Below are positions 1 to 5,596 of a stretch of 5,596 nt of DNA, piece after piece; within the stretch, counting starts at the first letter, position 1, and each line of letters begins with the position of its first letter. The notes under the pieces were generated by a model. That model saw only the letters and a program-made list of their open reading frames with translations, did no database searches and was not told the origin of the DNA. The position numbers were made by a program, and so were the translations under genes. The stretch lies in the IMG/VR virus record IMGVR_UViG_2778261276_000002. One strand, written 5' to 3'. The stretch is from a virus (taxonomy: Duplodnaviria > Heunggongvirae > Uroviricota > Caudoviricetes).

Positions 1-85
1 GCAGTTTGCGGACAAACGCCGCATTCACTGTTTCCAGACCTGAAGCATCGTCCGGTGGTGTCGGTGTCATAGGGGTATCCTGCAT
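1..85 (-). CDS. L: Minor tail protein L, N-terminal fragment (28 codons; gene continues past the left window edge)
   Basis: ATG at 85..83 overlaps the M stop codon (minus-strand TGATG), the same M/L arrangement as lambda. Reverse-complement of 1..85 translates MQDTPMTPTPPDDASGLETVNAAFVRKL with no stop. Position and synteny indicate L; only MQD and a short ET.N stretch match lambda L as I recall it. Confidence 0.5.
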   Translation of the reverse strand, partial: MQDTPMTPTPPDDASGLETVNAAFVRKL

Positions 86-414
86 CAGTTCACCACCTGT
101 TCAAACTCTGCGCTGAACTCAACACGCAGCATACTGACCCGCGACGACCATTTTGCGCAGGTCACCTTTATCTGCCGCCACTCATAAGGCGGCGTCCACA
201 GAAAGGATTTCCAGCCCCCGTGCTCTTCCAGAAACGACTCCAGTACCGTGGCCTCCTCACGGGGGACAGAAAGCGTCACGCTGTACGTTTTCAGGTTGGC
301 ATTCAGCCCGGCAGGCGCTCGCTGGGAATAGCCATCACCAAAGCGCACCTTTCTTACAGAAGGGACCGAAGCCACATCCATACCGGGTTTCACTTTCCAG
401 CGGAAGGTCTTCAT
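85..414 (-). CDS. M: Minor tail protein M (109 aa)
   Basis: ORF-track protein MKTFRWKVKPGMDVASVPSVRKVRFGDGYSQRAPAGLNANLKTYSV... matches lambda gpM in sequence and length as recalled. Start ATG 414..412 overlaps the H stop (ATGA). GGAGG Shine-Dalgarno at 421..425, 6 nt upstream. Confidence 0.9.
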   Translation of the reverse strand: MKTFRWKVKPGMDVASVPSVRKVRFGDGYSQRAPAGLNANLKTYSVTLSVPREEATVLESFLEEHGGWKSFLWTPPYEWRQIKVTCAKWSSRVSMLRVEFSAEFEQVVN

Positions 415-2972
415 CGTCCACCTCCGGAGAACAGGCCACCATCACGCATCTGTGTCTGAATTTCATCACGGGCACCCTTGCGGGCCATGTCATACACCGC
501 CTTCAGAGCAGCCGGACCTATCTGCCCGTTCGTGCCGTCGTTGTTAATCACCACATGGTTATTCTGCTCAAACGTCCCGGACGCCTGCGACCGGCTGTCT
601 GCCATGCTGCCCGGTGTACCGACATAACCGCCGGTGGCATAGCCGCGCATCAGGCGGTACAGGTTGCCGACACCAATCCGGCTGGTTGCCTCCTTCGTGA
701 AGACAAATTCACCACGGTGAACAATCCCCGCTGGCTCATATTTGCCGCCGGTTCCCGTAAATCCTCCGGTTGCAAAATGGAATTTCGCCGCAGCGGCCTG
801 AATGGCTGTACCGCCTGACGCGGATGCGCCGCCACCAACAGCCCCGCCAATGGCGCTGCCGATACTCCCGACAATCCCCACCATTGCCTGCTTAAGCAGA
901 ATTTCTGTCATCATGGACAGCACGGAACGGGTGAAGCTGCGCCAGTTCTGCTCACTGCCGGTCAGCATCGCCGCCATATTCTGTGCAATACCATCAAAGG
1001 TCTGCGTGGCTGCACTTTTTACCTGCGACATACTGTCCGTGGCGCTCTCTTCCCACTCACTCCAGCCGGACTTCAGGCCTGCCATCCAGTTCCCGCGAAG
1101 CTGGTCTTCAGCCGCCCAGGTCTTTTTCTGCTCTGACATGACGTTATTCAGCGCCAGCGGATTATCGCCATACTGTTCCTTCAGGCGCTGTTCCGTGGCT
1201 TCCCGTTCTGCCTGCCGGTCAGTCAGCCCCCGGCTTTTCGCATCAATGGCGGCCCGTTTTGCCCGTTGCTGCTGTGCGAATTTATCCGCCTGCTGCGCCA
1301 GCGCGTTCAGGCGCTCCTGATACGTAACCTTGTCGCCAAGTGCAGCCAGCTGGCGTTTGTACTCCAGCGTCTCATCTTTATGCGCCAGCAGGGATTTCTC
1401 CTGTGCAGACAGCTGGCGACGTTGCGCCGCCTCCTCCAGTACCGCGAACTGACTCTCCGCCTTCCACAAATCCCGGCGCTGCTGGCTGATTTTCTCATTT
1501 GCTCCGGCATGCTTCTCCAGCGTCCGGAGTTCTGCCTGAAGCGTCAGCAGGGCAGCATGAGCACTGTCTTCCTGACGATCGCCCGCAGACACCTTCACGC
1601 CGGACTGTTTCGGCTTTTTCAGCGTCGCTTCATAGTCCTTTTTCGCCGCCGCCATCAGCGTGTTGTAATCTGCCTGCAGAATTTTCCCATCCTTCAGTGC
1701 CTTGTTCAGTTCTTCCTGACGGGCGGTATATTTCTCCAGCGGCGTCTGCAGCCGTTCGTAAGCCTTCTGCGCCTCTTCGGTATATTTCAGCCGTGACGCT
1801 TCAGTATCGCTCTGCTGCTGCGCATTTTTGTCCTGTTGACTCTGCTGTTCAGCCTTCTTTCTCGCGGCTTCAAGCGCAAGACGGGCCTTTTCACGATCAT
1901 CCCAGTAACGCGCCCGCGCTTCATCGTTAACAAAATAATCATCCTTGCGCAGACTCCAGATGTCGTCCGCTTTCTTAAACGCAGCCTCTGCCTTAATCAG
2001 CATCTCCTGCGCGGTATCAGGACGACCAATATCCAGCACCGCATCCCACATGGATTTGAATGCCCGCGCTGTCCTGTCTGCCCAGGTCTCCAGCGTACCC
2101 ATGTTTTCTTTCAGGCGGCGGGTCTGGTCATCAAACCCTTTCGTCGCGGCCTCGTTCGCCGCCTGCAATGCCCCGGCTTCATCGCCGGAACGCTGCAACT
2201 GAGCAACATACGCAATCTGCTCCGCCGTCACGTTATGGAACTGGCGTGCCATCGCTGTCAGCCCTGACGTCGGGTCTGTGGTCAGCTTCCCGAAGGCTTC
2301 AGCGACCTTGTCCACCTCCACGCCGGATGCAGAGGAGAAACGCGCCACACTCTGGCTGATCGCCTCAAACTGCTCACCACCACGCACACCGGCATTCACC
2401 AGCGCCGTCAGTGACTCGCTGGTCTGGTTAAACGTCAGCCCTGCCGCCTGCCCGGCTCTGGACAGGACCAGCATACGATCTGCCGTCAGTCCCGCCTGAT
2501 TGCCGGAAAGGACCAGCGTTTTGTTGAAATCGGACAGGGTTGAGTTGCCCTGATACCAGGCATACGCCAGCGCACCGGTCGCCACCGCCAGCGAGGTGGC
2601 CCCCACCATCGGCAGGGTGATCGCACCGGCAAGCCCCCTGAACATGGGGATCATCCCGCCGAAGGAGTCCTTAACCTGACCCCCCTGTTGCAGCAGGATC
2701 AGCCACGGGCTTTGCCCGCCTGCAAGCTGCGTGGCCACGTCGGTGAACTGTGCAGGCAGCATACGCATGGCGGCTTTATACTGTCCGACGGAAATCCCCG
2801 CTTTCTGTGCAGCCAGCGCCTGCCGGTTCATTGACTGTTCAACGACTGCCGCTGTTTTTTTCGCATCACTTTCCGTACCGGAAAAATGACGCCTGACTCT
2901 GGCCATCTGCTCGTCAAATCTGGCCGCATCCAGACTCAAATCAACGACCAGATCGCCTACCGGTTCAGCCAT
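411..2972 (-). CDS. H: Tail tape measure protein H (853 aa)
   Basis: 853-aa ORF MAEPVGDLVVDLSLDAARFDEQMARVRRHFSGTESDAKK...GGLFSGGGR matches lambda gpH in length and sequence as recalled. Long central E/K/Q/A/R-rich predicted coiled coil and a C-terminal Gly/Ala-rich hydrophobic segment, typical of tape measure proteins. Strong SD AGGAGGAG at 2979..2986. Confidence 0.95.
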   Translation of the reverse strand: MAEPVGDLVVDLSLDAARFDEQMARVRRHFSGTESDAKKTAAVVEQSMNRQALAAQKAGISVGQYKAAMRMLPAQFTDVATQLAGGQSPWLILLQQGGQVKDSFGGMIPMFRGLAGAITLPMVGATSLAVATGALAYAWYQGNSTLSDFNKTLVLSGNQAGLTADRMLVLSRAGQAAGLTFNQTSESLTALVNAGVRGGEQFEAISQSVARFSSASGVEVDKVAEAFGKLTTDPTSGLTAMARQFHNVTAEQIAYVAQLQRSGDEAGALQAANEAATKGFDDQTRRLKENMGTLETWADRTARAFKSMWDAVLDIGRPDTAQEMLIKAEAAFKKADDIWSLRKDDYFVNDEARARYWDDREKARLALEAARKKAEQQSQQDKNAQQQSDTEASRLKYTEEAQKAYERLQTPLEKYTARQEELNKALKDGKILQADYNTLMAAAKKDYEATLKKPKQSGVKVSAGDRQEDSAHAALLTLQAELRTLEKHAGANEKISQQRRDLWKAESQFAVLEEAAQRRQLSAQEKSLLAHKDETLEYKRQLAALGDKVTYQERLNALAQQADKFAQQQRAKRAAIDAKSRGLTDRQAEREATEQRLKEQYGDNPLALNNVMSEQKKTWAAEDQLRGNWMAGLKSGWSEWEESATDSMSQVKSAATQTFDGIAQNMAAMLTGSEQNWRSFTRSVLSMMTEILLKQAMVGIVGSIGSAIGGAVGGGASASGGTAIQAAAAKFHFATGGFTGTGGKYEPAGIVHRGEFVFTKEATSRIGVGNLYRLMRGYATGGYVGTPGSMADSRSQASGTFEQNNHVVINNDGTNGQIGPAALKAVYDMARKGARDEIQTQMRDGGLFSGGGR
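421..425 (-). promoter_or_regulatory. Shine-Dalgarno (GGAGG) for M, inside the 3' end of H
   Basis: Minus-strand read TCTCCGGAGGTGGACG-ATG; GGAGG lies 6 nt upstream of the M start. Confidence 0.55.
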
Positions 2973-3803
2973 ACCGGACTCCTCCTGCGATCCCTTCTGA
3001 TACTGTCATCAGCATTACGTCATCCTCCGTCATGTCCGCCACATCCGGGGAAGCGGGGATAACTTCATTCCCGTCCGGGCCAAAGCGGACGCCTCCGGCA
3101 AGCCCTGCCGCTTTCTGCATCAGCACATCATCTTCAGGCTCTTCGTCAGCCTCGCGCCGGTTCAGCAGACTGAAATCCAGCGGATGCATATCCGGATCGC
3201 TGAAAAACAGGCTGAGTACGGTGTACGTCAGCCCGGAAAAGTGCATATCCAGCAGAACATCATGAAAATAATGGGTACTGTAAAAGCGGTGCCAGTCGGC
3301 ATACTCCGTGGATGACATCCCGGCAAGCATGGCGCGCCAGTCGGGTCGCCCCATCTCACGCGCCAGTTTCAGGGCAAAACTCAGCTCACCGTCGAACACT
3401 TTCCCGCAGAAACAGGCTCTGCTGGCCCGGCGTCATCTGCCTGTTCAGGTGCATCATTCACAACAAACTCAGACATACCGGACAGACGCATTACCACATT
3501 TTCAGCCTGAGCAATTGCCTCTGTAGGCCAGGTGGTAAGCACTTCCTGCTCAATTTGTTTAACGGCTTCATTCATGGACGGCATCTTTGTCTTCTGCGGA
3601 TGGCTATGCCACAGGGACATCGCCACCAGAAAAGCACCGGTTCTGACGAGATCTTCCACGCTCACCTGTCGATTGAGACTGGATCCCGCCTGTTCTGCCT
3701 GTCGTTTCAGCAGGGCGAGATGCTCAATTCGCTGCAGGGCTGACAGTTCAGAAAGCGTGACGCTCACACCGTTATATTCAAATGATTCGGTTTTCAGGAA
3801 CAT
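2965..3803 (-). CDS. G-T: Tail assembly chaperone G-T fusion (about 279 aa), made by a programmed -1 ribosomal frameshift at the 3' end of G; complement(join(2965..3399,3399..3803)), nucleotide 3399 read twice
   Basis: The G frame reads ...PVSAGKCSTVS*. The -1 frame across the slippery heptamer continues ...GK-VFDGELSFALKLAREMGRPDW... to the stop at 2965..2967, which is the lambda gpT sequence. The track's T ORF begins at a GTG with no SD, consistent with expression only as a fusion. Confidence 0.85.
2979..2986 (-). promoter_or_regulatory. Shine-Dalgarno (AGGAGGAG) for H, inside the 3' end of T
   Basis: Minus-strand read TCGCAGGAGGAGTCCGGT-ATG-GCT-GAA-CCG (MAEP); 6-nt spacer. Confidence 0.6.
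3381..3803 (-). CDS. G: Tail assembly chaperone G (140 aa, zero-frame product)
   Basis: ORF MFLKTESFEYNGVSVTLSELSALQRIEHLALLKRQAEQAG... matches lambda gpG as recalled. ATG at 3803..3801, preceded by GGAGAG at 3810..3815 with a 6-nt spacer. Confidence 0.9.
   Translation of the reverse strand: MFLKTESFEYNGVSVTLSELSALQRIEHLALLKRQAEQAGSSLNRQVSVEDLVRTGAFLVAMSLWHSHPQKTKMPSMNEAVKQIEQEVLTTWPTEAIAQAENVVMRLSGMSEFVVNDAPEQADDAGPAEPVSAGKCSTVS
3399..3405 (-). promoter_or_regulatory. Slippery heptamer G_GGA_AAG (X_XXY_YYZ) for the G to G-T -1 frameshift
   Basis: + strand CTTTCCC at 3399..3405 is GGGAAAG on the minus strand; it sits in the G zero frame as GCG-GGA-AAG-TGT, and a -1 shift gives GGG-AAA-GTG-TTC-GAC (G-K-V-F-D), joining G to T. 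This is the canonical lambda G/T recoding site. Confidence 0.85.
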
Positions 3804-3809
3804 CGCTGA

Positions 3810-3815
3810 CTCTCC
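3810..3815 (-). promoter_or_regulatory. Shine-Dalgarno (GGAGAG) for G in the 15-bp V-G spacer
   Basis: Minus-strand read TAA-TCCGGAGAGTCAGCG-ATG; V stop TAA at 3821..3819, G ATG at 3803. Confidence 0.55.
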
Positions 3816-3818
3816 GGA

Positions 3819-4241
3819 TTAACTGTCGGTAATCACTTCCTTCGCCGTCACCGCCTTACCGATACTGCTGACCCAGCCACGGAACACATCGACCGTGCCG
3901 TTCGGGAAGCGGATTTTATAGGCACGGGTATCACCTTCATTAAACCACGCCAGCAGCGCCTGCTGCCCCTGCTCTCCGGGCATCCACGCCAGCGTGAAGC
4001 TGGTATCTCCGGCAGATTTCTGCCCCTGCCCGGTCGCAGTCCAGTCTGCATCTTTATCATCGAGATAGCTGTCGTCATAGGACTCAGCGGTCAGTTCGCC
4101 GGGCGTCAGGTCTTTAACTTTTGCCAGACGCGACCAGTCAACGTCTGAAAGCGGGTTCGCATAAGGGTCACCGCTCCCCTTATAAACCCACAGGGTGGTC
4201 CCGGCACCTTTCACCGGCATTGTAGGATTTGGTACAGGCAT
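3819..4241 (-). CDS. V: Major tail (tube) protein V, short form of 140 aa lacking the C-terminal Ig-like domain
   Basis: From ATG 4241..4239 (SD GAGGA at 4246..4250) the ORF reads [31 protein letters not shown]...[13 protein letters not shown], matching about the first 138 residues of lambda gpV as recalled, then stops. The track's longer ORF from 4271 ([10 protein letters not shown]...) overlaps U and has no SD. Confidence 0.85.
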   Translation of the reverse strand: MPVPNPTMPVKGAGTTLWVYKGSGDPYANPLSDVDWSRLAKVKDLTPGELTAESYDDSYLDDKDADWTATGQGQKSAGDTSFTLAWMPGEQGQQALLAWFNEGDTRAYKIRFPNGTVDVFRGWVSSIGKAVTAKEVITDS

Positions 4242-4245
4242 AGCG

Positions 4246-4250
4246 TCCTC
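4246..4250 (-). promoter_or_regulatory. Shine-Dalgarno (GAGGA) for V, overlapping the U stop codon
   Basis: Minus-strand read TGAGGACGCT-ATG: U stop TGA (4251..4249) overlaps GAGGA, 4 nt before the V start. Confidence 0.6.
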
Positions 4251-4644
4251 ACATTTCATAGGTAATGACATAAGTCAGATCGGCTGAACTCCACAGGCCC
4301 GCATCATCGTCGCGCCGGTAGTCATAGCCACTGGCCACCATACTGGTGATCAAATCTGACAGTGCCGGGATATCGCTCATCACCGGATAAATCCGGGACT
4401 CCATCCACGCATCCAGCTCTGAATCCGGCACCTGAGCAGGCAGGAAAACTTCAATATGCAGCTCCGCCTGCCAGGTATCGCTGTCCAGCTCTTCGCCCGT
4501 GTATTCAGCGCCGGTGAGATAAACGGCAATTGCCGGAAAATCTTCCTCATCAAAAACAGCGGGGCGACCATCAAAAAGCGTCGCCCCGGTGTCATGCTTC
4601 TCCAGTGCATCCAGTACGGCTGCACGGAGTTCAGTATGTTTCAT
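4249..4644 (-). CDS. U: Tail terminator protein U (131 aa)
   Basis: [74 protein letters not shown]...YEM matches lambda gpU in length and sequence as recalled. Start ATG overlaps the Z stop (ATGA at 4641..4644). Confidence 0.9.
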   Translation of the reverse strand: MKHTELRAAVLDALEKHDTGATLFDGRPAVFDEEDFPAIAVYLTGAEYTGEELDSDTWQAELHIEVFLPAQVPDSELDAWMESRIYPVMSDIPALSDLITSMVASGYDYRRDDDAGLWSSADLTYVITYEM

Positions 4645-5219
4645 CGCTTTATTACCATCCTCAGTTGATGCTGCAGCGCATAGCCCAGCTCTTTCGGAAG
4701 ACGCTCACGCCGTATCCGCTCAATATTCTGTTTAAACGCCGTGGTCAGCGGCACCGCCATCGGGATTTTCACCACATCAATGGGGTAACGGTTTTTCCCG
4801 GCCACACGCTGCATGACATGCCAGCGGCCATTTTTCAGTTGCTGAATAAACGCGCCGGGAATACGACGGTTTCCCACCACAAGCACGCTGCCGCCACCTT
4901 TCAGGGCTGAACGCTGCCCCTTTTTACGACGCCTGCGTCGGGACAGGACAATCCGCGCGTTACCCAGCTTTATTACGGGCAAATCCCCCCGGTTAACCTT
5001 GATTCTGGCCTGCGGATTTTTGACCGTGGCCCTTTTCAGCCTGGCCCTTTCCTTTACCAGTTTCCGGCGTACCTTTGTCTCACGGGCAACCTGTGACGCC
5101 GACTGCGATATCGCGGATGAAGCAACGCGGTTAATAGCCATTGCGGCGGCACCGGGCACCGCCGCTCTGCTGATACGACTGAGGTTTTCAACGGCCTGCT
5201 CAAGACCTTTTATGGCCAT
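4641..5219 (-). CDS. Z: Tail completion protein Z (192 aa)
   Basis: ORF MAIKGLEQAVENLSRISRAAVPGAAAMAINRVASSAISQSASQVARETKVRRKL...RMVIKR matches lambda gpZ as recalled. G-rich SD AAGGGGGA at 5223..5230, 11-bp gap after the FII stop. Confidence 0.9.
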   Translation of the reverse strand: MAIKGLEQAVENLSRISRAAVPGAAAMAINRVASSAISQSASQVARETKVRRKLVKERARLKRATVKNPQARIKVNRGDLPVIKLGNARIVLSRRRRRKKGQRSALKGGGSVLVVGNRRIPGAFIQQLKNGRWHVMQRVAGKNRYPIDVVKIPMAVPLTTAFKQNIERIRRERLPKELGYALQHQLRMVIKR

Positions 5220-5230
5220 ACATCCCCCTT

Positions 5231-5596
5231 TCAGCGGCGACGGTTAACGGCAGGCGGTACGCCCCGCCCAAGCCAGAGATGACAGCTTCCGCCATCATCC
5301 GGCGAAATCCGGTCTATCCAGAAGTTTTCCTCACCGATGGTCAGCGTGTCGCCGCGCCGCAGCTGCCGCACATCATCAGTCCGGACAAACAGGGACGGGC
5401 TGGAGCCTTCAACGCGCACGCCCTGTCCGGCATAGCTGATATTTTCAGGGTCATCAAAAACACCACGTATCACAGCACCGGACTGCTCACCGGATGTCAT
5501 GGTGGCTGACGTTCCCATGTATGGGCGCTGCTTCGCAGACAGGCAGAACTTGATGGTATGCCTGCGATCAATGCCAAACGTGTTTACCGGATCATG
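5231..5596 (-). CDS. FII: Head-tail joining protein FII, 5'-partial (reading frame open to the right window edge)
   Basis: C-terminal 95 aa MGTSATMTSGEQSGAVIRGVFDDPENISYAGQGVRVEGSSPSLFVRTDDVRQLRRGDTLTIGEENFWIDRISPDDGGSCHLWLGRGVPPAVNRRR match lambda gpFII. The same frame stays open upstream to position 5596 (HDPVNTFGIDRRHTIKFCLSAKQRPY-MGTSAT...) with no ATG where lambda has its start. Confidence 0.8.
   Translation of the reverse strand, partial: HDPVNTFGIDRRHTIKFCLSAKQRPYMGTSATMTSGEQSGAVIRGVFDDPENISYAGQGVRVEGSSPSLFVRTDDVRQLRRGDTLTIGEENFWIDRISPDDGGSCHLWLGRGVPPAVNRRR

Noticed and set aside
153-2499. Plus-strand ORFs antisense to M and H (153..818, 220..459, 802..1320, 1266..1796, 1499..1930, 1836..2267, 1945..2202, 2060..2359, 2278..2499)
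   Set aside because: Each lies wholly inside the near-lambda-identical M or H gene on the opposite strand. Translations are low-complexity and Arg/Ser/Pro/Leu/Cys-rich, typical of antisense reading of GC-rich coding DNA, and none has a convincing Shine-Dalgarno. Lambda has no leftward genes in its tail region.
2965-3399. T as an independently initiated gene (track ORF starting at 3399)
   Set aside because: The apparent start is a GTG inside the slippery heptamer, with no Shine-Dalgarno. T is better explained as the -1 frame extension of G (the G-T fusion).
3032-3822. Plus-strand ORFs antisense to T and G (3032..3265, 3308..3526, 3312..3743, 3532..3822)
   Set aside because: Same reasoning: antisense artefacts within confirmed genes, with mutually overlapping frames and biased composition.
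4242-4271. Longer V start at 4271 ([14 protein letters not shown]...) given by the ORF track
   Set aside because: The extension overlaps the 3' end of U and has no Shine-Dalgarno. The internal ATG at 4241 is preceded by GAGGA with good spacing and corresponds to the lambda gpV N-terminus MPVPNPT.
650-4625. Small minus-strand alternate-frame ORFs nested in H, V and U (650..874, 1307..1510, 3848..4078, 4380..4625)
   Set aside because: Out-of-frame overlaps inside well-supported genes, with Arg-rich translations. No evidence of independent expression.
4916-4939. Arg/Lys tract in Z (CGA-CGC-AGG-CGT-CGT-AAA-AAG-GGG, RRRRRKKG) with rare Arg codons and an A-rich run resembling a dnaX-type slip site
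   Set aside because: The in-frame heptamer is T_AAA_AAG, not a canonical X_XXY_YYZ; there is no obvious downstream stimulatory structure, and no open alternative frame yields a plausible product. Most likely just a basic patch of gpZ.
4456-5509. Plus-strand ORFs antisense to U, Z and FII (4456..4668, 4530..4910, 4999..5247, 5279..5509)
   Set aside because: Antisense to confirmed structural genes; His/Arg/Cys-rich junk translations; no ribosome-binding sites.
1-5596. Searched for tRNA/rRNA, CRISPR repeats, inverted-repeat-flanked mobile elements, att-like sites and intrinsic terminators
   Set aside because: By eye there are no repeat-spacer arrays, no transposase or integrase-like ORFs, no long inverted repeats and no GC-stem plus T-tract terminators. 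The window is continuous coding sequence of a late structural operon.

Overview
This window is the reverse complement of a lambda-type (lambdoid siphovirus) tail morphogenesis operon, with no accessory or defence system in it. Every real gene is on the minus strand, in the order FII (partial, runs off the right edge) - Z - U - V - G / G-T (-1 frameshift fusion) - H (853 aa tape measure) - M - L (first 85 nt only, runs off the left edge). By recall of the coliphage lambda proteins, Z, U, G, T, H, M and the C-terminal ~95 aa of FII are near-identical to lambda; gene lengths and the 7/11/15-bp intergenic gaps also match my memory of the lambda map. Three things depart from lambda: (1) V is only 140 aa and stops after ...KEVITDS, so the C-terminal Ig-like domain of the 246-aa lambda gpV is missing; (2) the FII N-terminus differs completely from lambda upstream of the conserved YMGTSAT motif; (3) the start of L reads MQDTPMTPTPPDDASGLETV... 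rather than lambda's MQDIRQETLNEC.... The likeliest reading is a lambda-like mosaic phage or prophage with a domain-deleted major tail protein. I found no tRNA/rRNA, CRISPR array, transposase, integrase or inserted moron. The + strand ORFs in the track are antisense artefacts of the GC-rich tail genes. All identity claims rest on memory and reading the translations; no search or alignment was run.
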